A DNA stretch of 63,270 bases from Phoronis australis (lineage: Eukaryota; Animalia; Phoronida). The notes under the pieces were generated by a model that saw only the letters and a program-made list of their open reading frames with translations, searched no databases and had not been told where the DNA came from. Of the stretch, positions 40,170 through 53,400 are shown piece by piece. The position numbers were made by a program, and so were the translations under genes. The stretch covers positions 1-63,270 of the forward strand of contig NMRA01000257.1 in NCBI GenBank assembly GCA_002633005.1, in the 5' to 3' direction. Each line of letters opens with the position of its first letter. Position 1 is the first letter of the stretch.

Positions 40170-41419
40170 TATTATAAGAAACACTAAAAAAACAATTAAA
40201 AAAACAAGTGACAATACAACGGGAAGAAAATTTCCCAAAGGACCAAATGCTAGTCTGCGTTAATGCCCAGGGCACTTGCATTGAAGAATTCAAGAATCAT
40301 TGGGTTGCGCGTTAGAGTAACCCAAGCATGGGCATTTAAGAAAGTACATTTTTGATAACTAAAGGCAGGCGCAAGTGCTTAACTGAGCAGTCGATCTAGA
40401 CACACGCAATATACTCACATGAACGAGTCAAACAACAGAGAAAAGAAGACTAAGCGTATTTCTCGCCATTGGGGAATAATACAAAAGAGAGTAGCTGATA
40501 AATGACCATACTTTCACAGTACAATCATAGAAAGACTTTAGTTTGGTTCGATCTGGTTCAGTATTGAAGAATTTCTGGCACATACACATGTGTCATAACT
40601 ATTAAACTGCACATCTTTTATTGGTCGATAATTAAGACACACGTATGATAATTGCATTAGCCTCGACTTCAACTGGTTGTGACATGACTTGAGATTTCAT
40701 TCTGTTCAAAGGAAGGTATAAAATAGCTGTGACATAATTTAAATTGTAGACCATACACTAAAATATTACCTGGTGGTATTGGTTACAATGTGAAAGTATC
40801 TACTGACGAAAATTCTATTTGTAAATCACTAGTTTTTCACCTCAGTCTGTACAAACTAGGCTTTATTGCCAGTATACAATAAAACTACCCTATCCCAATC
40901 TAAAACTTGAACACAGCATCTCCGAAGGAATCTACACTCAGCCAAGCACTTTGACCACTGCACTATAGAGACCACGTCGGGAACAGGCAAGCATTTTAAA
41001 CTGGCAATAAAGTCTATGTAACGAGGCGAAAGACTACTGAGAATTATTTTTAAATTTAATGCAATGTGAAATACAATTGAAGTCCAGTCTATGTAGTGGC
41101 AAAGATGAAGCTGTTGTGAGTAAAAACTGTTAGTGACATTAACTTTGCATCGCATTCTAACAGTAAGTCAGGTTATCTTCACAGCAATTACCTCCAAAGA
41201 CTGGCCACGTCTAGATGACATAGTTGAAAACATATTAGAATGTTACTCTTTACCACCATAAACACACCCTGAATTTCCTAAAACCAAGCCGCTTACTGTC
41301 CGTGGTTAACTAATACATAAAAGCCTTCTGACTTGATGCCATGCATGTTCGTTCCATTGTCTTATTGTACTAATCGGGCGTTGGACATTACCCAACAGCA
41401 CTGTGTTGTCATCAACAGG

Positions 41420-44400
41420 TTAGTGTGCCATTCTGCTGACAGTCACTTTACTAGCAACCTTGCTGGCAGACTTGGTCAGTATAAATCTACTGTGCATGTC
41501 CCTCACCTGCTGGCCCTGCTTCTCTATAATTCCATTCATTACTTGGATTCTGCAAGAAACAATCAGCTTAGCTAGTACACTGTTTTTGATGGGCTTAACT
41601 CACACTGTTCACACAGCGTAGTGAATCTTGGTATAACGCTTCAGATGCTGCAATTATGTCCTACGTTTTTGACTGTGATGTTCAAAATCATTTGAAACAA
41701 AATTCATCAATTTCTGCTTGACTTAGTGTACATGCTACCAGGAAGACATTACAAGGGTAATCCTGTCAAACTTTGAGGCACCACACATACTCAACAGTGT
41801 CTTGAATGGGAATCTTCAGCATTGCAATAACTTGAAAGAATATGTCAAAAGAAAGCACTTTGCCATTGAAATACACCACGAAGTGGAAGCAGGAATTTTG
41901 ATGTTGGAAAAACAAGGATTGGTTTCCATGAGTTCTCCACTTCACAACCTGTTCATGTTCACACAATAAGTGTACTCAACATGAAAATATGTGAAAACTG
42001 ACAAACGTAATATTGAATGACCTCGTTTATCACCAGCTACCACAAGCTGCACCGTAACCACCTTATAGTCGTCGGAAAATAATGTAAATTACTTTATTTT
42101 GCTCTCCTGTGTATACTGCCCACTTATGGTGAACTTAAGCTTTCAGCAAACTTAGTATGTCCCATCACAATGTATTTCAATATTTCCTAGATTTCTTCAA
42201 GTAATTTCACTGGAGGTAACGTTTTACACCGTGTGTAAGCATAATGTTTTCCACTTTACAGTGCGCCTTTCTCAATCAGTGAGCTGTAGCAATCAACATT
42301 ATTCTGATTTGTTTTTGCTCTTCCATTAGTCCTTCACTCAAACAAGTTTGTTTAAAATTTGACAAAGTCTCAGTTAATTTGACAAGATCAGTTATTTTTT
42401 CAAGCCCTCAGAAACATACCTTATGATTGGGGTTTAATGATTTCACATATTAATCTCTAGTATTTTAGTTAGTGTTAACTTTAATTTGTATTTTGTATTG
42501 TATTTTATGCATTGTACTGTTTTGTTATAGTACTAAGAACAACTGTATAGCTTCTAATTTTACCAAAACAATTCTTTTCTTACTTTTGAGCTGTCAAAAG
42601 GACTTTAAACAATACTAATTGCTAATTTTATTTTTTTTAATTGCACCTCGCAATATATCTCAAAAGGACACACAGTAAATTAATAAAAACTAAGTAATAT
42701 TTACTTTAGCTGAACTACTGGTATAAACATTTTGTTGATCACAAAAGTTATGGTGTAAATTAAAGCCAGACTGATACTAACTGATTGTTGAACAAAAATG
42801 GTTCAACAGACATTATCTTTTGCAAAAAACAATTTCGTTTTGCCTGAATGAAAATAATGACCCAGCTTATATGAAGTCAAATTTCCTGGTCTAGTCCCTG
42901 CATGAAATGTTTGAGGTGATCGAACACGGGAGAGGTAAATTTCAGAAACAAAACAGGGAGATAAAAGGTGTTTTATAAAAGGTAAAAGGGGTAATAATAC
43001 GATGAACGTCATGCAAATGCCTAAATTAGGAAGATAGAGTTCTCATTAGATTGCAGCTCTTTTCTTGTGGTTATGACAGTTGGGCATTTAAAGAGGAAGT
43101 GAGTTTTGATAATATTAACAAAACAAAAGACTGCCAACTTAAAGAAAACAAAATCAATAGCTAATAGTTACGCATTTCTAATCAGACTCTGATTACAACT
43201 CTCAGCAACTCAAGGGAATTTTGTGAGTTCATAGTTTTGATCACTTCTGACCTCTTATCTTGTTGTTGCACTTGGTCCTTGATTTTGCTCAACTGTTCAC
43301 ATTGCTTGCTGTCTTCTTCAGGTTTTATGAAGTGTTTCCCACCACCTGTCGCACTCTCCATAACTTGCTGGAAAGACTGTAATAACAACATTTGTTAGTA
43401 GTACTTTTAACAGTCAGATTTTCTATGGGCAGCGAAAAGGTTCAAAATAGACAACACTGCCAAATAATTAAGTTACTTTTTAAACAGATAGGTTATTTGG
43501 TTCAGTTTTGGCAAACAGACAGGTTATTTGGTTAAATTTTGACAAACAGACAGGTTACTTGCGCCGAACGAACAGGTTACTTGTCGAACAGGTCACTGCT
43601 ATCAGACAGGTTAGTCAAGTCAAATGAACATGTTGGTCTTGCCAAACAGACGTAGTAGTCGAACAGACAGGACAGAGGGCGCTGTCTCAACTCAAGAAAT
43701 AGTTGACGTCACGAAGCCATGAGCCCCGCAATGAGCACAAAAATACCAAAAAGTTGTTTTGGTGGTCTGTTGCAGTGAAGAATTTCTTTCATAGGACTGT
43801 TCTCAATTTGTCATCGACCATTCTTAAATAAATTTATGGAATCGTGATGCGTTTGCTTGTTTAAACCAACTTAAGCTGCCAAATGGTAGATTGAACTGTG
43901 TACTCACGCGGCCACGTATGTAAACAGGTAGCTTGGTTCCTAGTCGGCCACCCCGCCAATTAAACGTTATTCCATAATTTGAGGTCAAACCGTTAATATT
44001 ATGACATGCAATCATGTGTGCTCAGGTTTGTTATTTTGTGATTACGTGTTACTGGGTTATCCTCTTCTTTAACGAAAGTTGAAATTGATGTGGTCCTGTA
44101 TTCGCCGTACTAACGAAGTTAGTTTTGCATTTACACATCATACTTTTTGTTTTAAAGTTTGAAAAACACCGTTTATGTCACTTTCTTCAATCATGTTTCT
44201 CAAAATATCGTTGGAAATTGAACACCTCGGTAGCTTCAGTTTGAGTTACCTTTATTTGCAATAACATAATGCAGGTTTGGGGTTCAGATTGACTCCGTGA
44301 CGTCATTCGTTTTCAAGTGACGCCCTCTGTTCGTTTGCCGTGTTTGTCTTGTTCGTTTAACAGATGACTTGTCTGTTCGACACGTTAATTGAGCCTACAA

Positions 44401-47400
44401 GGTTACTTGTCTGTTTGGTAACCTACTTAATCATTTGCCAACTTACTTGTTTGTTCAACAGTAGGCACTAGTTTATCCGACAAAATCTGCAAAGTTGACT
44501 TGTCTGTTTGGAAAACCATAGCATTCTTGACCTGTTTATTTGACGAATCACTTGTCTGTTTAGCAAACCACTTGTCTGTTTGTCGAACCACTTGTTTATT
44601 TGGCAGTGTTGTCTATTTCGAACTTTTTCGCTGCCCATAATTTTCTCTTAAGTTAGACTTCAGAGAAAGACACACGAAACTTAAACAACCACAAGCCACA
44701 AACTGTGCATTGAAAAATGTGGTTGGTCTTGTGAACGATGTGCCATATCTTTTTAGCAATTCAATCACTTCAAAAATCTTCAGTCAGAGATACAAAAAAC
44801 GGAAGAGCCAAGAAATTCTCTTAATGAAGTAATTATTGAACAAAATGACAATTTAAAGAAAGCTAAAACATTTTCACTTTGAATTGATCTATAGTCAGGT
44901 AGATGCTAAGTGACCTCACAACACACTCTCATCTTTAAACTTCAACCTTTTATAGATTGTGTGACATACCTTTCGCCAAAACGAATCTTGAGATGAATCA
45001 TGAGTCTGGTTTATGGCAATCGTTTTGGTAGGCTGGTAAAACATACGCTGGATACGTTTTGGCATACTCCTTTCAGTGTTATACAAGAAATCCACTTGCA
45101 TCTTTGTGCGTGTTAAGTAAGCTGACTGTGACACCTTTTCAATATCGCCAACGGCAATTCCAACCTAAAAAGTACAAAATATATTATAAGCAATACTTGT
45201 TACGCTGTGACTCGATATTCAACTGTCACAAGTTGTCAAGAGTATTGGTTGCTAGAGCAATTAAGAACTCATGGTACTTTTCTGCATCACTTTTAAACCC
45301 TCTATTTCTTGAATATCAATAATCTTGGATCGCTGCCCAGTTCTGAAGGCTACAACCAAACAAAAAAGACCACAAAGCCGTCATAAGGACATAATATGAA
45401 ACTTTCTTTACAAGTTATTTGTTCCATGATGCAACTAAAATTTCCAAGGCTTTGAGTTAATGCAAGGCCTACGATAAAGTGCTCTTCAGGGGTTTTATCA
45501 CAAGGCAGAACTTGCACATTCAACCTTGGGTGCTGTCGGCCAAGAACATGTTTAATAACAAGTCTATGGCATTGGCTGCTCAATCTGTGTAATGATTGGG
45601 ACATTACTAACCAGTAGGTTCATTAAAGCAACAGGCATGACAAAAATGAACAAAATCCCCACAAGGTAAGCATCTTCTGATAGGGCATTATCGTCAGATG
45701 ACTCGACGAAGGTCTCCAGGAACTCTGTTTCTCCAATGGACATCGATATTGTAGTCAAAATCAGTGTACCCACATTTCGGAACTTTTCCTGGAAAAAAAT
45801 TGAAGAGAGTGGAACAGAGCATATTAGATACCTGTTCCACTTTAGCCACTTCATTGAGTATAACACTCCACAAAACAAATTTTAATGAAAACGAAGAGTA
45901 CTCATTTTTCAAATTACATTCGGAATTTTTCAGTTTAAATCTTGAACTCTCGGTGGTGTTCTAGCAAAAAGTGAATCCACAGATCGATGTCACTGAACTA
46001 AGATTTGATGGTAACAATACTGCCACCTTCAGGACTGTAGACAAAACACCATTTGTTTGGAGACGTCTTCCCATTGTAGCAACTCATTACGCCTGTTCTA
46101 CAGTCAATAGTGAATACTGTCTAAAATAACAAATTAGTAAATAAAAAATAAAGTAATGACATGTTGAAAAATAACTTATTGAAATGAAAAATATTACCCC
46201 AACGTCATAGAGGACCACACCAAAGGCCGAAGCAAATGCCATGCCAATCAACAACCACAGGACAGTAGCCTGTTAAAGTGGAATAAAGGAAAATGAAGCC
46301 AGGAACCAACAAATTGCCATCATAATATACATTCTGGGTCATGCTTGTCCATTTAGCAGACTTTGAAAGGAGTTTTCAAAATTTCCTCCAAACCGTTGAG
46401 GATTGTTGATGGACACAGAGCACTACTTTTTTCAGAGAACTGAATGGAAATTCATTTTGAGTATCTGTAAATAGGCAAGAACCAGTTTTGGTATCCTTTT
46501 AAATACAACCATGCAACACCGTCTGGTAACAGAACTAAAAATCGTTAAGAACAAAAAACACAGGCACAGCATGTTTCAACATTCTTAATTAAAAAAAAAA
46601 TACCAGAAGTTGGCACAAAATTCGGGAAAACACTTTCTTTTGATTCAAAAATTGTTTTAATTGGCCTGATCAGTGTTATATAATTTCCCTAAATAAAAGC
46701 TTTACCTTAAGTAATGTCTTCAGTACTGTTGTGAACATAATTACATAGATCCCAACATAATCAAGTCTGAAAGTATTGAAACCATTTGTTAAATAACTGC
46801 ATTTTGATGCATCGCATTGTCAAATCTTTAACTATTTATTTTGTATCAAAAATTTACACATTAATTAGTTTTATCAGCAATACATCATAGTTTCATAGAC
46901 TGACCTTTGCAAATATATTGTCATATTCACCCACGACAAGAAGACAGCTATCCAGCCCAGTCTCCAGACAAAGATGGGCTTTCTACCTTCCTGGGCCACC
47001 TTGACCATGTAGCAAGTAATGACCAGAAGAGCCAAGTGTAACCAGCTGAAGATGTCCAGTATGGAGTCAATACCCTACAACAACCTCCTCAGTCTAAAAT
47101 TCAAATAGTTTTAAAGTTTACCTTTGATTGATGGTGATTGAACAATATCTTCACAAGTGTTGCGTTCAGAAAAATGTTTTACCAAAGGCACTCTGTATTC
47201 TCTTAATTACCTGTCTGCACTTAATCGATGATTGGCAGATAAGCATGCAGCCTACAGAATTATGTTAATCTTTTGAAATGAACAAATACGTATTAAGCAC
47301 TTCAATGTCCCACTATTTTGTAAGACAATGCGCAATATCAGATTCAGTTCACTATCAAAGGTCACTTCAAGTACATGCAAAAAACTTGCTTTTAAATTCA

Positions 47401-50400
47401 AAGCAATACAAAAAATCACCACCTCTGTAATGCCCAACTTGCAGCAAGACCAGAGCATGAAATCGCAAGATGATGACGTTGATTTGCCTGTTGTTCCTTT
47501 AAACTTGCTCGTTATTCATCAAATATTTTCAACTCCTGACATGGACACTCAGTTTCTATACCATGCGACAAATTGCTAACAACTAACATATTCCATCATA
47601 ATTTAGCTCCTACATGACTGATTCATCCATAGTGATGCAACATTAAAAGTGACATGTGAACTTTTTATTGGCTCAGAAAACATTAAATCTCGAATCTCTT
47701 GTCCTCAAATGTTGGCTTCGCAACTTTGGGAATATAATAAGTATACTTGGAAAAAAGCACATTTGCATTAAATGTCAATGTTTGTTGCTGGACCTTGATG
47801 ACGTTTTTCCAAAAAGATAAACACAGCCTTCAGTGCCTGTCACATGTATCTACCATCAGCAAACAGAACTGATTTCTTATTGAATACAAATTAGCAATCT
47901 CCAATTTCGAGAACCTAGTAAATTTTACACAATGAGATTGTTCAAAAGAATGTCCAATACCTTCCAAATTCATGTTATTGGACACTATGTTTTGTTTTAA
48001 GACTAACTACTGCTTCTGTTGAATGAATAAGTGATAAATTACAAAATTTCAAGTATACATTACCCGGACAATCATGATAAAGATCTCTCCAACACCCGTC
48101 ACAATACCAAGGTAGAAAAGCATTTCAGATAACACATTCACTGCTGCTAAGCCGGCATTCACAGTTTGCTGTCAGAAACACAAACCAGGTGTAAGATTAG
48201 TATTCTGTAAGGCCAATACAAAGACAGGTAAAACTTAAGTACACTAGTATTCTATTGCCGGACACCTCTATGCATAAAATGTAGAAAGGCGATAGGGAAT
48301 GTTTGGATACATTATCAGCACTCTCCATTTTTCAAATGTGAAATTCAATGCGGATCATATCAGAAATACTGCCAACATGTGAGAAAAAGATGAAATGTTT
48401 GGTCACACGAGATTTGGTGTGCAAAACAAGGTGAATGTTTAACAAGGGAGTGTGCAGTAACCTACAGCACTTGCAGAATTCAAAGTGAGCAATTTCCTCT
48501 ATAACACACTAAGTTAATGCTTCTGACAAGCTGCACTACAGTAAATCCTAGCGGGAACTAAAATGTTTGTTGTTACCAAACCAGGCTGTAACCAAATAAA
48601 TTGAATTTGCATAATTTAAAGTACAACTAGCATGGATTTATGTAACTAAAAGCTATGAGCAAGAGAATGGTACAAACCAGGTTCGTTGTACTGTGATTTA
48701 ACTGTAGTATACACGAATTTCTTTAAAATCTCTGGGTCTAACCAGGTTGTCAGCGCAAGTTTCACCAATATTTTAATGTGTCATGAAACCAGGGGAAGAT
48801 TGGTCAAGTTGTGACAATCAGTCTCTTGCCAGCCAAATGTGTTCTGGGCTTTTAAGAGATTTATCCCTTGTTGACTTTAAGGCCACAAAAAATAGTGTAC
48901 AAATTCTTTCTGATCTTTTTATAAAAATTGATGTGGTGCAAATTTGTTTTGTTCTACATTAATTTCAAAAAGAAAGTCACTTGATGCCAGATGAATGGGT
49001 AAGGATCATTTCTATTTACTCAGCATCATCTCATGTCATGCAGTTTTGAGGCGCAGGTTTCAAAATAAGTTGAGCTCAGACCACAACCAATATTATGCTA
49101 CCTTTTTGGTTTAACATTGAATTATTTAATGAAAACTTAACAGAAACAGATAACAACAAATTCAGTGTAAGTAGGAATTAAATAAGGCATTACCTGTTCT
49201 GCTGTAGTCATGGTAACATTCTGGACGTTCCTCGTAATTGGCATCAAAATGAACAAGTAAGCATTGAGTAAACCCAGGAAAATCATGAAGTAAATGACGT
49301 TAGCAAAAAAGGCGACTCGGCCAAATCTTTGCCTGAAAGACAAACCAAAGTTAGAATGGTCAACAATATTACTTTTAGTACTGAGCATTTGAATAGGAAA
49401 CGTTTAATCATGCACCAAAATTTAGTGGACACAAGTCAGGCAAATTTTCAAACCTTCAAGATCTTGTCAGTCCCTCGTTGTGCTTTTCAACACAATTGAG
49501 TTCTCAGATTGAGAACTTTTTGTTAATTAACCAATATGACATCACAAATTAGTAGTGCGTAAAGAAGTTCTCACTTACACTGGTCATGCCTCAGATCATG
49601 CCTATTCAGCATGCCCTTTGTATTCAATGCAAGTAGATCTAAGCTACTGAAGCGGAAAGGTAATCGATAGCACTACTTTCTCAACAGTGGTGGTTGTTAT
49701 TACATTGAAATTGTTTTTCTCTGGCTTTTGCACAGTTACAGCCTGAAATGTCAAAAATACGATTTTGATTTCAGTTGGTACATTTTAGATATTACAAAGT
49801 AACTAAAAACAATACCATTCTGTATCATTACCTTACAGCTACATAAATACAAAGGGTGTGCTGAATAGGCATTATAAAAGTGGTCTGCGGGCAAAAGGAA
49901 TCTGTTGTGACTAGTGTAAAGATTCTCCACATGAGCACTATTTTTTGAAGTTGATAATGATCTTTTCTCATGCAAGTATCAGACATTCATTAGGCAGACA
50001 GTGTTCCTTTCAAATGGGCATAACAAACAGACTGATGTAGATATAGCATGAGAATGTGCGAGTTACGAAAACTTTTGGTTGGTCAGAAGTGCTGCATTCA
50101 CGACAAGTTCCATGGGTATAGGAACACATACAGTGTTGTGACAATTAAAATTGAAAAGCGAGCCTCGACTAATTTGTAAACTTTTTACCCAGATCCAATC
50201 CCAAGCTAACATTTTGACATTCACCATACAATAGTCTGCTAAACTGGGGCTTTTAAGCAGCTATCTATTTGTACCCAGACAAGAAACCTTTCACTTCAAT
50301 GCTCAAGTCTGTTGGTGTTGAAGTTCAACTTCGAACTTCCTGGCAAGTTAATTCTAGAATCTAGTTTAAATGAAGTGTTCAGTGAGGCCAGTCAAGAAAT

Positions 50401-53400
50401 ATAAGCTCAAAGCTAAACCATGCCATTTGGTCTTCAATGCCATCTGAATGAGTGAGTGTGACAACAGACCTTCTCTTCTGAACTTTACCATTGTCTGTAA
50501 AATATATGTAAAACCTATGGACACTGGAACACATTGTATCGATAAAACTGACATGTAAACTACTCACGCAAACACCCTAGGCTTGCAATTGACCTATCGC
50601 AAGCTCCGCCCGTTTGCAAAAAGTAAACAAACAAAAAAATTGTTTTACTCAACAACGTGTTGTTTGTCCGGTAAAATGGCAACTTGGAAGCGAAGGTGTG
50701 ACAAGAATGGTGCGTTCTGATTGGTCAGTTAAGCTGCCACTCACAATTTCTGTCGGTGCTGTCATGCTTCAAAATAGATAAAATTGTTATTGTAATTATA
50801 ATCACAATTTTGAAGCCAGTACTGAGACTTGGACATTAATATAAAACAAAAAACAGACTAAAAATGAGTACATGAAATGTTATGTGTTACTATTCTGGAT
50901 GTAATGTGTACAATATCACAGCATAGAATTAACTGGCATACAGTTTGGAAATCTTTCACAAGTGAGCTGAATAGTATGCATAACAAATTAAAAACATCCT
51001 ATCATCTAATTCACCCACCGTCATAGCAATATACTTTTGCTTCTTGCAACATAGATCATCAGGAGAGGGGTCCACATAGTCAAAGTTGAAGGTCATCTGA
51101 GAAACAAATGACAAAAAACCTAATTGATGAAATCGTTATAACTGTCTTATAAAAAGTCGCGAATACATCCAGATGAACCAGCAAAGTTAACATTCTTCAG
51201 CTGTACAACTTTCAAAGAAAAGATGGCAAAATTTGTTATAATCGAACAAGTCTTATAGCTGAAGTTAACTCAATTGATTAATTGTGATATTCCACTGAGG
51301 TTTCCTTTGGGGTTTTTGCCTGTCCAAGCCAGGCCAATTTCACTAAAAAATATTCCTTTTTTGAAAATCACTGTATCCTTAAAGTGTAATTTGCAAGGTC
51401 CAAGTATGTTAAATTGCAATAATATCTTCAAGGTATTGCTATTTGGATGTATTTTATTCAAATCATCGTATTATTGTATCTTTAGTTATTTTAAAAAAGC
51501 GAAAATAAGAAAATGCGCGAAAAGTTGACCTTTGACACTGTGACATGGTGTTGGGGAACACAAACCAGATCATATCCCACAATGCAGTTCACTGCTATTA
51601 TATCACAGTACATGAAGAACAAAGACCGTTCAACCTTGGCGTGTTTTAGCCATGGTGCATCGGTGTGTGTGAGCTAACTATTTTAACACCACCCAGGTGG
51701 AAGGCATGAGCCCATTTAAATTCTAAAAAGACAAGCATCTGGCTGCGTAATGGCAGGTTTTCGTGTGCTCTGCTTGTCTTTTGAAAACGACTGTCGAGTC
51801 AGCCATCTGTCGGAGCAGAAATATGCTCCAACCATTTTGAGGACGGCTGCTTTGACGACAAACACATCATGAAGGTTGAAGCTGGTCTTATAAAATGGTA
51901 AGTTACCTTGAGAATTCTGATGTCTAATAATTCATGACGCTTTCGCAGTGCCTGAACAATAACAATCTTTTTTCACAATCACCGTAGTTCTCAAGTGTTT
52001 AAATTTCTGTTGTTTTTCCGTGAAAGATTTAGTTATAAATTAATGGATCAGTAAAACTAAAAGCCACAACAAATAAAGCTGATCTCAAAAGATGCATGTA
52101 TTTTGAAAAGAATGCAGACTATGAATAAAGTAAAACAGGATGGTAACTCAATTCCAAGGTTTTGATTATTAAAGTAGTCTGCTTCAAAAAAAAAACAGGA
52201 TTAAAATCTAGTTTTGGCATTTGCTTGAAGGTTATAAAAGAAGGCGAAAACTTGCAATTAGATATCATCGTGATTTACTTTAATCATGGACTACTCTTGA
52301 TTCAAAATGTTTTTTTTACTTTTGAATTGCTGCTGTTGTGCTTTTCAGAGTATGTAAATGAAAGGAGAACACCTTCCACTTAGTGCGGAACAAGAGACAC
52401 TGGAGATCTTAAAATTCACTTAGAAATTGATGCTACTCCAATGCCGACTGCTGGTGCTCCAGATGTGTCCAAGGAGGATGCCGTGGCACAGATAAATTCA
52501 GACTTGGTGCTTTGTCAATGGACAGCACTGGAATTCCTTTCCGTCACATATTTAACAGTCACTACCAATGTTTTAGATCAAATTTTTGATAGTGGTACAG
52601 ATAGCAATGCCAGAGTGTTTATAGTACCAGTAGTGGAAATTGTGAAAAGCTTTTGTGTGTGGCATTTTGGCTGTCCCATTTCTATAGATAAACCCAGTGA
52701 TATACTATGTTCTTATACTGAAACTGGTGGCAGATTTAGAGGGGGGGCCATGCCCCCCTAAAATTCTCCCAGATTCCATTTGACTGTTTGGGGGTGCGAG
52801 TGTCTGACGGGCAAAATCCTAATACCGTGCCCTGGCCCCCCTAACTCAAAATCCTGGATCGGCATCTGGAAACATTTCAATGGTTCTTCAATACAATGAC
52901 TATAAATATTGACGCATAGCTTTTTTACGTATATTTGATTTGCACTAAACTGTTGCTGTCCCATACAGTGGGTCGGTATAGTTAAGACTTTCTTAAGTGG
53001 GGGTGAAAAGGTACTTGTTTGGGTCATCAGTCTTTTCGTGCGACAATCTCATCTAAATTGTACTCAGAATAATCACTTGCACAGAATTCGAACATTGTCT
53101 TGGGAATTTTTGAGTGAGTGGTTCAAGCACTCCCTCCAGATTTCCCACTTCCCACAGATATGCATACTTTTTGTGTTTTTGTACCATGTCATAGACATCT
53201 AAAGCTATTGCATACTGGAGCTTTTGGGTTGAGATTCAGTGGTTGCTGTGTCGTGTTATTTGATTTCTCATTGAATTACAGTAGTTGTATCCAGTGAGAC
53301 TGAGATATTTCATCAAAGTTAGAGTTATTTGGAGGCGTTACTGCGGAATTAATGCTAACCTTTCTAAAGTTCCCACTGAAGCGCTACCAATTTAGAGAGT

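Noticed and set aside
47075-47096. Upstream AG at 47094-47096 as the TRPA S3 exon acceptor
   Set aside because: Gives an in-frame TGA after 8 codons; the AG at 47075-47077 keeps the frame.
51907-51951. 45-nt in-frame cassette exon candidate for TRPA (ALRKRHELLDIRILK)
   Set aside because: Lies inside the Kolobok-like element and is not needed for TRPA homology; probably chance, though exonisation cannot be excluded without RNA data.
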